Assembly: GCA_965655095.1 (NCBI GenBank)
Contig: OZ296656.1
Location: forward strand, 76,260,001-76,324,000
Source of the DNA: Haplodiscus bocki
Lineage: Eukaryota
Direction: 5' to 3'
DNA: 64,000 bases
Part shown: one piece after another, positions 24,701-35,654 of the stretch
How positions within the stretch are numbered: position 1 is the stretch's first letter
Layout: the number at the start of each line of letters is the position of its first letter
Program-made: the position numbers and the translations under genes
The notes under the pieces: generated by a model
Databases searched by the model: none
Seen by the model: only the letters and a program-made list of their open reading frames with translations
Told to the model about the DNA's origin: nothing

Positions 24701-27700
24701 ATAGTCATTCAAAACGTTGATCGATCAAAAATTGCAGCTTGGATGAAAAATTGGTATGAATTTTGAGAAAGATATTTGCTTGTTTGACATTTAGCAGATT
24801 TTATCCTTCAAGTTTCAGAGGCTAGGTATTTACACCGTAGATATTAGAATAAAGAGTCATTTTCCAGATTTAAAAACCTGTCCTTCTAAACTTTGACGAA
24901 AAAAGTCCTACTGGTACTTTTGCATGTTAGTGACTGTGAATATGGAGTATCATAAAAAGTGGCGGAGATTTAAAAAATCTGATGGAAAGTAACCTTCATG
25001 ATTAGAGTTGAAAAAAAACAATGTTCAAAGTCAAAATTGTAACAAAAAAGAAATGAGTAAATGTTATTTTTTGTTTAAATGCTTCCGAGCTCGGTCTGAC
25101 GGCAGGAACTACACAACGTACACAATGAAGTTTTCCTTGCAAGAAACTGTCCAAAGTCCTTTTCTTGAAATTTCAATCGGGTCGCGTTGACCCTTTTACT
25201 CATCTGGGATGACAACGAAAAAATTATTAGAAATTTTGTCAAGCAACTACTTTTTATCGAATGAACGTTTCAAGTTTCCAGGGCAAGGGGCACCAAAAAA
25301 TGTAAACACATTTCGGGAAACATAAAAATAGTTTGTAAAAAGTACGGATTGCTCTAAGTTTGGGCTGTATATGGGGTGACACTGTGTGTTTGCATCATAT
25401 ATGGCGCTATGAAATCTGCAACCTGTAATCTATGTGGTTTCCATAAAATCTGGAAAAGGATAAAATGGATTAATTCAATGCATTTTTTCTCATTTTTGAC
25501 GGAGTATCAAAAAAACCGACATAAATTAAAAATTTTGATGAGAGTAGAAAGAAACAGTGTTCAAAATCGAAATAGTAACATAGAAAGAATTGAGGAAATA
25601 TAAGGGTTCGAACTTATACCGAGCGCTTCGGAACCATGTTGTCCTACCACTGCTCCAGCGGGATTTCTGACATATTCCAGATTTTTTTGAAAACATAAAT
25701 ATATGAAGGAAGTCAAAAAAAATCTCTTGTCCGACGCCGGTGTCTTTATTACAACTTTTCTTCAATAAATCGGCCCAAAATAAACTGAATTTCACGAACA
25801 ACGATCCTATTGAGTGAAAACTTCATCTTACATAATCAATTTTATGTGGCGAAAAAGAATAACCTCAAGATCTTGATGAAGTTCCCAAGATTTTGGCAAG
25901 CGAAAATAGCGATACAAGCACTGCGCGGAGTATTGTAAAGGACAATAGCTCCTTTAGTTTTGTTTTGTTGTAAGACCACTTTCGCTATTTTTGTAACCAT
26001 TTTTTGGCTCCATATTTTAATTATTGAAGAAAAATCATTCCAGAAGTTTTTTTCTTTTTTTTTCAGGTAAAGTTTTGTCAATTTACTTATATTGAGTTTT
26101 CTCACAAACGTTAGGATAAAGATGCCTCCAGCGCAACGTCCCCGTCCGAATCTCTTTCTCTTCATTGTTTTTTTTTGTTTTTGTTGAAAGCTTACAAATT
26201 TCCTCAGAGATTAAGTTTTTGATGCACAAAGTACTGGTTTGCATGTTTCCTTCTACCCATCACCTTTCCTTTTATTCTTACGATTTTGAAAAAAATTTTG
26301 ATCTAGTCCAATTAGAATTTTTTTCTTATCCTGTCAATTTTGGACGCACATTTGTTTGTTTACAGGCTTTATTCTAAAAGTATCGATCTTCTATTGTTTT
26401 TCGGTACCAAATCATTTTATCCTCAAAAAAACACATAATCACTTTTGTTATCCGAGTCCTTCAAAAACCGAATGAAAATAAATTGAATCCAAAAGTCCAG
26501 ATTCAAGCCTCAGCTTCTACGAAAATATTGTCGGAACATCAAGAAAAGCCTGAAAGTATAGACCGAGAGGTTTATCGTAGATTTTCGAAGCAAGTTTTCT
26601 CAATAGATAGTCTGTGCATTTTTGTTCCTTGAGCTCTGAGTCAAAAGGAATCATCTTTAGACTGACTCTGAGCGAACAAGGCATTAGTCGCCACTTTCAG
26701 TCCTTGAAAAAAATTGATGAAAAAACTTCAGAGCGCTAAATGTCTTCATTTTGTGGTTTTTGAGAATAGTTTTTCGGAATGTGCATTGAGCGTTATCTCG
26801 AAAATGTTCCACCTGAAATCAATCAACAACCAACCTAAAAAAACAGACTTTACGATACATTAGGATTTTCATTCATTTTTGTACTATTTCTTCTTCGATG
26901 TGTACTCGGGCAAGTGCGGCCATCGAGTCTCCAATTAATAGTTGCCAAAAGTAAACATGGATCTAAAAGATTCGGTCTCCAGATTTGAATTTCAACTCCT
27001 GCAACGATGATGCTCGAAAATCCGTAAATTGGAGGAAAAAAAGAATATCATCGACATTCTAAACAATTTTTGTCCGTTTTTAGTCGTGGAAAGTTTTTTA
27101 AACGTTGTGTCGTTCAAAAACTTTCCAGAAATAGATTCATTCTGAGCAAACAAATTCTTCGTTTTTATTTTTAGCTCCAATAAAATGCTTGTCCAAAACT
27201 CTTGTTGCTTTGTAAAATAACTTTCCTCAGTGTCTGCTCGACCATTTTTGTTCGTCGAGCCCTCAGTGGAATAATAGCTGTAAGTCGAAGGAATCTGGGA
27301 ATGCCAGCCCTAATTATCAATTTGGTGTTTCATGGAGGATTTTGAGAGTTTTTTGAATAATGTCAGAAATTTTTTTTCCGTTCTCAAGATCACTTACAAA
27401 ATCAAAACCGTTTCCTCAATGTCTATCAGATACAAATTATGGCTTCCACCTCGAACGTGGAGACTATACTTGAGGTAATTTTTTTCAAAATTATATTCAA
27501 AACCGTCATCTTTTGTTTAAACTTCGCGGCGAGAAGTTTGCCGGTGATTGATTGATTCACACTGCTCTTAATAACGTCTGGAAATGATTTTAAAAAAATT
27601 TTATCTAAGTAATTAAGAGTGTTTTCTACAGCATTGCTGATGTGTAACATGCACAATCAAATCATTTAGTGTTTATGAGTTAGCATTCGATATTCAGAAA

Positions 27701-27738
27701 AAAACAGAATCTTTCTTCAGGGTGCTCTGTGAAATCAT

Positions 27739-29087
27739 CCTGGGTCGAATTTTTTCGGGAATACGCTTCTATTTTTCCATGTAATGGCGCAAACGCCGCT
27801 AACTTTCTAGCAAAACGCCGTTAACGCCTTTATACCGACAAAGACCGCCGTTAACGCCGTTAGCGTTCTGGTTAAATGCCATTAACGCTGCTATACCACA
27901 AAAAAGTTTCTACTAAGAATCTAAATTTCTCAAGTCAAAAGCTCATGGTCATTTAAAACTTCATTCGACAGAGTTGAGAAGCTTTCAGAGCAATAAATCA
28001 TCGAAATTGTTGGGTAGTCGATGGGTTGGAATTTGGGCTTGAACGTGGTGGCCCTGCCAGTGCAGTGAACATGTCATGACCAAGCAAGACTACACAAAAG
28101 TTGAACTTGTAAAGGATCGGCTTCTTGGTTCGAGTCTTGCAAAAGTTCCGACAGTTTTAACCTGAATGCTTCTTGCAAATTTAAATTAATTTTTATCCTG
28201 GTTGCAAAGTCCGTATTTATAGGTGTTCTGTTTTTACTGTCTTGCGATGCTCTGGGTTGTTTTCCAGTACCAGGAGTAAAATTTTTGTTCTTTTAGTGTC
28301 TGAAATCTTGAAATGGTTTTTACCTGAAACGTAAGTTTTTTTGGGAAAGCTTTTTATTTCTTTGTACTTTTTTTCAGTATTGATGGGGCTTTAAATTTAA
28401 GTCTGCAAGTGGTAGATTTTGCACTTTGAGTGTCATGACCAGCCAAAATTACCCAAAATTTGAATTTGTAAAAACTCGATTCCTTAGTTCGAATCTTGCA
28501 AAAGTTCCGACAGTTTTCATCTGAATACTGTTTTCACGTTCTCCAGTTTTTCCTCACTGGTTACCAGCTCCTTGTTCATTCGCTATTTTGGAGGCCTTTG
28601 TGTTTCACTGGGTTGTTTTCAATAGCAGGAGTGAAGATTTTGTTCTTTTTTTCTGATCTGAAGTGTTCAAATTGTTTCTTGATGAAACTCATGTTTTCGG
28701 ATATGTTTCATTTGTGAACTTCTTCGTAATCCGCTAAAAAAATCCGTTGGTGTTTTGCTGGTATAACAGCGGAAAAAACGCTCGTATAGCAACTGGAATT
28801 ACCGCCGCTCTTTTTCCGGTAAACGCTGTCAACGCCGCTATTTTTCTGGTTCAACGCCGTTAACGTTGCTATTTTTCCGGTTAAACGCCGGTAACGCCGC
28901 TAATTTTCCGGTGAAACGCCGGTAACGCCGCTAATTGTCCGGTGAAACGCCGTTATCGCCGCTTTTTTTCCGGCTACATGCCGTTAACGCCGCTTCTTTC
29001 CCGGTTAATAACGGCTTCTGTGGCTAATTTTGACCGCCGTTAACGCCCTTATACCGGAAAGATTTCGGCCAATATTTCGACCCGGAG
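27739..29087. mobile_element. Non-autonomous DNA element with AACGCCG subterminal repeats
   Basis: TIR cctgggtcgaa.t / atttcgacccgga. aacgccgttaacgccg arrays at 27790-27895 and 28800-29050. Confidence 0.7.
28060..28710 (+). repeat. Tandem pair of SINE-like units with a B-box-like motif
   Basis: tgtcatgacc...gttcga(g/a)tcttgcaaaagttccgacagtttt occurs twice (about 28072-28330 and 28431-28710). Confidence 0.6.
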
Positions 29088-29514
29088 TTTTTTTCGTAGT
29101 TTCGTAGCAACCTTTCTCCAAGTTTTTTCGTACTACTGACGAATTGCAACCAGAGTCGCCCTCCCGCAGATCAAACGTAGCATTTTTTAATAGACAGATT
29201 TGAGTCCCGAAGTGGTCACCGAATTATCTTATACGGTTTCAGACTTAAAACCTTGGGGCATAAATTACTTACTAAAGTCCGTCTAGGGGTAACAGCTCCG
29301 GCCAAGCCAAAGAAGGTCTTTTTTCTGCTGTTAAGCACGTGAACTCTTTTTTCAGATCTTTCATTTCGAATCCAGCACATATTCTTTTTACCATAGCTTT
29401 TAAACAAAAATACTTGAATGAAAAACTTGAACAACTTTTCCAACAATGTAAAAGACGTTGCAACTGTTTTTTGCCACTTCAAAACTTGCGTCAGTACTAA
29501 TGGTTGTTCATGTA

Positions 29515-30378
29515 CACAATGCTTGGAATTTCGGTTTTCTTGCCGAGAAAATTCTTGGATTTTGAGATTTCTGGCCAAGATTTGGCAATAATTCTTGGCT
29601 AAACGACGCAATGTTTTTCAAGATCGTGGAAAGAATTCCGAGAAAATTTTTGGAGTTTGAAGAAAAAATTTAGCAAAGTTTTTTTGCATCAATGTAATAC
29701 AATACTGAAGCAATCATCCTCGAAGAATCAGAAAGGCGGTTACTCCTGCGTGTGCCTGAAACTCAACGTGGCACGATCAATGAAGAATGAAACAATAATT
29801 TGAAATAAATTGAAAAACAAAACATCAAACATCTTGGAATTTGTCTAAACTTTCTCCATCTAGTAGGAAACGAGACGCAACTAAAAAATGCATTCTACGA
29901 CTCTTGTTTCCGAAATATGAAATTGACGTCATTGCAGTCAAGTTGTCTTGCGTTCAAGAGCTGACTCAAAAATACTGAAACAGAAAAATAAACAGGTTGC
30001 TCATCGGAAAAGTTCACTATCTTCGCAGCAATCCAATGCAGGTGTTTTTCATTTCCATTGGAATATCCATAAGCCGCGGTTCCAAAATCCTCTTTTTTTT
30101 TGCTTGAGGATAAAAAGCATCCAAATTTTCTGGTTTGATGAAACATTACTTGACAACCAATTTTAAAATGGACAAAAGACTATGCTAATTTTCTCCGATA
30201 TCCAAGAGTATGATCTTGGATTTCTTGCCAAGATCTTGTTTGTTCATGGATTTCTTGGCCAGATTAATTACCAAGATCCTGGCCAGAAATCTAAAATAAT
30301 CAAGATCTTGTCAAGAAAATCGAGATTATCCCAATTATTCAACTTCTTGGTAACAAAACCGAAACTCTCAGCACTGGG
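29515..30378. mobile_element. Non-autonomous DNA element with CTTGG/CCAAG repeats in the neuropeptide intron
   Basis: Left end TA-CACAATGCTTGGAATTTCGGTTTT versus the reverse complement of the right end, TA-CCCAGTGCTGAGAGTTTCGGTTTT. Confidence 0.75.
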
Positions 30379-30490
30379 TAAAATCTAACAAGCTTCCCTA
30401 CGTTTTCATTTGAAAAAATTGTCTACTCAGACACATATATTGTACATTTTTCTCTTATCTTTCATAACTTTCATATTTATATTTTTTCAG

Positions 30491-30706
30491 GATCAGATAG
30501 TGTTCCAAGACGAGAACGGTGAAGATTTCGACGACAAGCGTTCTTCTGCGATGCACTTCTACAAAAGGGCAACTTTTCCCGCGGGAAACCTCAGAAGATC
30601 TTCTCCATGGCACTATGGAAAACGATCCTCGGCCATGCACTTCTACAAAAAGACCCCTCCGGCTTTCCTCAGACCCGCCGATGAGTCATCTTTAACCTTC
30701 TATTGA
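30491..30706 (+). CDS. Terminal coding exon of a multi-copy neuropeptide precursor (SSAMHFY x2, SSPWHY-amide)
   Basis: Polypyrimidine tract and acceptor (ttttttcag|GAT) at 30490/30491, phase 0. Translation is DQIVFQDENGEDFDD-KR-SSAMHFY-KR-ATFPAGNL-RR-SSPWHY-G-KR-SSAMHFY-KK-TPPAFLRPADESSLTFY*. It has an acidic spacer, dibasic sites and a G-KR amidation signal. The two SSAMHFY copies differ only at synonymous sites. The N-terminal part of the ORF-track call (30410-30490) is intronic. Confidence 0.88.
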   Translation, partial: DQIVFQDENGEDFDDKRSSAMHFYKRATFPAGNLRRSSPWHYGKRSSAMHFYKKTPPAFLRPADESSLTFY

Positions 30707-30897
30707 TTGACCTAAATCAGTTCTGCGACCTTAAGCTCGAATCAAAGGTCAATGACCGGGAACAGTTTCAGCCAATCAAAATTGAGAACCCAATTTCAAT
30801 TGATAATCGGACGCACCAAATTTCACTTTCTAGCCCATCTAAAGTTTGGAAGAAATTGTGTTCCAGTCAAGTATTAGCAATTTATGATTTATGTTGT

Positions 30898-30903
30898 AAT
30901 AAA
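30898..30903 (+). promoter_or_regulatory. Putative polyadenylation signal of the neuropeptide gene
   Basis: First AATAAA downstream of the stop codon, about 190 nt after it. Confidence 0.5.
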
Positions 30904-31439
30904 TCTACTGTTAGAAACCTGAAATGATGATATTGTCTTAAGTAGCAGAAGATTTCTGTGAGTTTGTTATTTTGATTGTAATCAAGCTCAAAATTATTAA
31001 ATGTTCATGTTAGTTGAATTAGTTTTTTAGAAAAAATTGCTGAACGCAGTTCATAAATACAAACAGAAATTCCCTGTAAAGAATTTTGAATAAACATATG
31101 GTAACTATAGTTTCAAACAGACACAGCAGTGCTGCAATATTTTCCGTCGACGGTGGGTCACAAATGGCTCAGAAGTAAAATTGCTGAAAACTTCTAGAAA
31201 AACATAGGCACTTTAAGGCGCGAGAAGGCTGGCTCGTAGCTCAATAAGTACCAATTTAGACAAAAACTGGTGTTCTCGAAACCGATATCTTCGTGTCCAT
31301 AGGAACCTTTTGTGCATTTTTTTGGAAAAAAATGTGAAAATGCAGAAATTTATTCGGGCTTCGACTGGAAAAATCTTGGCTGATGTTCCCAAAAATGATT
31401 TATAAGTGTCCAGAAGAACATTTCGATCGAAAAAAATTA

Positions 31440-33050
31440 TTTGTCATTGTCGCAGTTGACGCCGCCAGAATTGGCAAATTACCGGAGAAAAAACTTTACA
31501 AAATGAGTGGAGGACTTTTTTGCCTAATAAATTACGACAGCAAATGAGAAAGAAGCAAATGACTTGAAGTAACGCGTCTCTTAGCTTCGAAGAATTGACC
31601 GGAACAAACGCTGCTGTATTGACGAATCATTGTTGATATATTATTGAGGTAACGGCGTTACTGAAACGGTGTGAAATCTACAGAACATCGAAATTTTGTG
31701 GAAGAATTGCCAGTCACCATATTTGAAAACAAGAATTTATTTCATCTTCGAGAATAGCTAATTTAAAAAAAACTGCCGGAGATTAAACAAAGAACTCATC
31801 GTTCCAAATAAATTCAGTATGCAGAAAAGATAGATTGGGCAATTAGTTCATCATTGCTTTTTTCTAGTTTATCCTAAAGGAGTCTTTGCAAAAAAAAATC
31901 AAATATGGAAAGAACCCCACAAAAGAACAGACGAAAAGAAATTCCTTCACTGTTTCTTAATTCAGTAAAGTTAAAACTCGAGCGTTCGTACAAATGGGCA
32001 TGCGGGCAGAGCAATGCCCCTTTTATGCCAGATTGGGCAAATTCCAGAGATATGTCCATTGATTGACACAGCAAGAAAACCTTCAGCAGCTTTCTTACAC
32101 CACGACTTGAAAAGTTCGAAAGATATGCCTGACAGAAAGCAACCTTTGTTCAGCAAATTTAAAAGACTGTAAGATTGTGGCTATTAAAACCCAGTATGTC
32201 AACGACTCTCTGTCATAACTAATCAAAAACGCAATGCATTAAATCAGGAAAACTCAAATTATTAGTGTTTCTTTCTTGCTGAACATATTCTGATAATTGA
32301 TGTTCTGTCGTTTCTCCGAACATTTCAGTAAAAAATTACTTTCAGCAAAACTACTCAACAGTTTGACACGTCAGTGCTTGGTGGAGGAGCAGCTGAATTA
32401 GCATTTACCTGTTCATTGTCCCAAAGTAGATTTTGACAATTTTCTTGTGACACGATCAGACAAAAGCTTATGTCTGGTTGGCGATGTGATATCAGGAAAT
32501 CTTGCGGGTTGACGACAGTTGCTTTTTTCTCCAGGCTATTAAACTACTTTTTCGATAGTTTGATTATACGTTTCTGATGTTTTATTCCCGTCAATACTGC
32601 ATACAACATCTTCTGGCAGCCCAATGTTTTTCAGTTTTTCAGGCCGAATATATTATTCAGCCAACTGTGCTTCGGATAGCGTTTTCACATTGTTCATCCT
32701 GTCTGAATACTCAATTTCTTTTTTCAATTCTGTTTTAAACTCTTTCTTCAACTTTTTAAGCGATTGCTTCAGATGTTTTTAGGTAGAAACTTTCAATTGC
32801 AGCTCAACGGTCTTTATAATCTGCAGAAGAGCGCTTTGAATGTAATGATTGACAGCATCACTGATTGTCTTGAATAAATCTGCTTTGAACTCTTTGTATG
32901 GACTCAGGGATGAGAAAAGGCGCTCATCAACCGGGGTTCTCAGAGGGGTTTGATCGTGATACTGTAGATTGGGAATTTTTCTCCATATGTTTATGATTGA
33001 TTGTCACACATCGTTGATGACTTCCACCGTGTCTAAAACTTTTTTCTAAG
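31440..33050 (-). mobile_element. Decayed LINE 5' portion (ORF1 and start of endonuclease; CR1/L2-like)
   Basis: Minus translation gives a coiled-coil-like stretch followed by AE*YIRPEKLKNIGLPED...TIEKVV and ISHR, matching the E.Y.RR.NL.I.GLPE and AHRL motifs of LINE ORF1. Downstream ICTNARV resembles the start of an AP-endonuclease domain. Confidence 0.6.
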
Positions 33051-34324
33051 CTAATCTCAATATTTACTAAAGGAAAGCATATCTTTACCAAAGGAAACCA
33101 TACGAAATTCTTCCTTTTTCAGGGTCAAGGGGTTTCCTTGGCAAAAAAAAATATTCAATAGTTTTGCTCCGGTCCATTAATTGATGAACGAGATGCCTAT
33201 CCTCACATCAATATAGTAGATGTAATTTTTTTGCGGTTTGACTAGAAAATTTTCGAAGAAACTCACTTTTTTGCAAAAACCACTTCTTGTTCAAAATGAG
33301 ACGACCCAAAACTGTCGGTATCACTCCTCAAGCTAGTATATGATCACTAAACGCATTGGTTCCACTGAAAGTACTATAATTGGATCGTTAATTAGAAGTA
33401 CTTTCTCATTCCACTTGTTCCCACAAAGTTTTACAACATTTTCAACTGAATTCTCTCCAAAAATAAGTAAAAGGCTACTACTCTGCAGGATAAATAAAAA
33501 GTTCAATTTTCGAATGAATTCCAGAACAACGAGAAACACTGGTCCTGGTTTGTTTTTTTTTGATAAAAAAACCACTAAAAATTCTTCCCGGAAACTCAAA
33601 AAAAGTGAATGTTTTTCCCCATTTCCGGCAGGATTTCAGAAAAATGAACGTGTTTGAAATTAATCAAAATGTTAAGGAGCATATTTGGGTACATATACAA
33701 TAGTTCATTTAATAGAAATACATGATAGAAAAATACATTGAAATTTTTTCGAGAATTGTTAAAAAACGTTGAGAACTTTTTCTCTATCCACCATAGTACT
33801 GTTTGTGTTTTAATCGGTGCTGTAACTTTAAAGTGAAAAAGCGTGACTAATACAGAGGCTTTTTTAACCGTCTCTACGATGAAAAAGAAGAGTCGGTATT
33901 TTGTGTGCTCCCAAAACTAGGTTGCCATGACAAATGGCCATATATTACCAATAACCAGTGAAGAACATACAAATTTTTAAACACCAAAAGGTCATTCTAC
34001 AGAGATTTTTTGGCACTGCGAGATAAAATTTTCTGGGCAAAATTTTTGATACCTGCTTGCTATAAAAATATTTCAAAAAACACAATTTTTTTAGAACCGT
34101 CCAAAGCTCCTTCCCTCAAGTATAGCTTGCTTTTGCCAACAGAGAAGTTTCTCTATTTGTGACGGGGACGTTTGCTATTTTGGAAAGTTTCGGTTCCCGC
34201 AAAATGGGGGTTTCGAAGTTTCTAAACGGAAAAAGTTTTGTTTCTCAACAAGTTTTGAGCTCTGAAAAGTTTTATGAAAAAAATCCACTTTTTTTTTCTG
34301 TGAAATCAATAGCTAATATAAAAG

Positions 34325-34720
34325 TTAGTAATTTTTCATAAGAAACAAGTAAGATAACGCTCCCATTAGCAGCGTTGCTAAACAAGTTAGCGTTGATATA
34401 ATTGTTAAGATCATTAAACTTTCACAATTGAACGATTTTTTCGAAGTTGCCAACGAATCTTTGGATCCATAAATCTGGTAGAAATCAAGGAAACTCATCC
34501 CTATCCCTTGTCTTGCATTTGGGCATTCAGGGGGATATCGTCCGTCTTCGAACCCCCCGCAGTCCACACAAGTTCCCTCTGAAAGGCAGCTGACAAAATT
34601 GGCGCTGACTCCTTGGTTTTTGTACTTTCCATGCAGTTGGTGACTTAAAAGATGACTCGTAGGGGGATCTGTCAACTCAATTTTTCCAGACATTGATGAT
34701 ATCATTGTTCTGGGAGACAT
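34325..34720 (-). CDS. Probable terminal exon of a membrane- or GPI-anchored protein of unknown family
   Basis: 131-codon open frame that starts directly after a minus-strand acceptor (cttgtttacag|ATG). It contains a Cys cluster (SCLSEGTCVDCGGFEDGRYPPECP) and ends in a long hydrophobic stretch (LMILTIISTLTCLATLLMGALSYLFL). No repeat similarity seen. Intron phase and upstream exons were not established. Confidence 0.5.
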   Translation of the reverse strand: MSPRTMISSMSGKIELTDPPTSHLLSHQLHGKYKNQGVSANFVSCLSEGTCVDCGGFEDGRYPPECPNARQGIGMSFLDFYQIYGSKDSLATSKKSFNCESLMILTIISTLTCLATLLMGALSYLFLMKNY

Positions 34721-35099
34721 CTGTAAACAAGAACATGAGCAAAACTCGAACAGAACGGTATCTTTCCGTTATTTATTTTTAAATGCAATATTCTCTGTCA
34801 AAAAAGTTCACCATTGATCGCAACTCAAGACTGAAGTGATTTCGAAAATGATTCTTGGTTAAAGCGTGATCAAAGTTTGGCTAAACTTTATAACTCCAAA
34901 TGATCGATATTTTTTGAACAACATCAAATTTCAAGAAGTTCGCAAAAAAATGAAAGAAACAAATTTGAAAGTCTTCTTCTTCTCAGAAATAATCCTTTTG
35001 AGTGAGGGTTGTTAGTATTTATGACAAACGGAAAGTGCTTACTCTCATTGGAGATCGTGCTCGAACCAGCGTAATCGCTGAACCTCAATGAATTCCCGC

Positions 35100-35630
35100 C
35101 ACTTTTCTCAAAATGAAGCTTTCTGGAGGGTTTTGGAGCCTTTCCAGCGATATATCGCTGTTCGGGAATTCACTCCCCTTCATTTCCTGTTTAAACCGTT
35201 CTAGCCCTCATGTCCTCATGTTTCTCATGTTTGGTATTGGTTATGTAGCAGAAACAAATAAGAGTGTTTTTAGTTAATATTACCTCTCTCAGATAGACAG
35301 ATAGTGCTCACGAAAATGTAATTATTCACTACGGAAGTGTGACAACTTATACAAATCAAAGAGTATGTTCTTGAATCTTCAAATTCATGCATGAATATTT
35401 GCTTTTACAATGTTTATTCTAATACCCCATGTACCTGATATGTTGTAAAACCATATGAGAATGGAAAATTATCCTCCTAAAAGCAACTACGGGTTGTTTT
35501 CAGGAGAAAAAAATTCAGTTTTCACACGGCAAAGTAAAGTTTTCAAGGACTTTAAATTTTTGATTAAGTTAATTCTATGCCAGGGACAGGCCGACGGTTC
35601 GAAATCTTTAGCTAATAGTATAATCTTTGA
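35100..35630 (+). repeat. Left direct repeat (putative 5' LTR) of the BEL/Pao element
   Basis: Aligns by eye along its length with 42432-42930 (shared ttttggagccttt, cttcatttcctgtttaa, ctctcagatagacaga, aagtaaagttttc..ggactttaaattttt, cagggaca..ccg.cggttc) with heavy divergence. It ends just before the PBS. Confidence 0.55.
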
Positions 35631-35634
35631 ATTT

Positions 35635-35654
35635 TGGTGCCGCGACCCGGGATT
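35635..35654 (+). promoter_or_regulatory. Primer-binding site, tRNA-His-like
   Basis: TGGTGCCGCGACCCGGGATT resembles the complement of the tRNA-His 3' end (TGGTGCCGTGACTCGGATT). It lies immediately after the left direct repeat and before the gag region. Confidence 0.7.

Noticed and set aside
30410-30490. Hydrophobic N-terminus of the 98-aa ORF as the signal peptide
   Set aside because: It starts at TTG rather than ATG and is the polypyrimidine tract of the intron ending at ttttcag.
35043-35100. Minus-strand exon upstream of the 34720 acceptor (donor aga|gtaagc)
   Set aside because: It abuts or overlaps the LTR-like repeat, and the phase-0 frame has a stop 15 codons upstream. It cannot be supported without transcripts.
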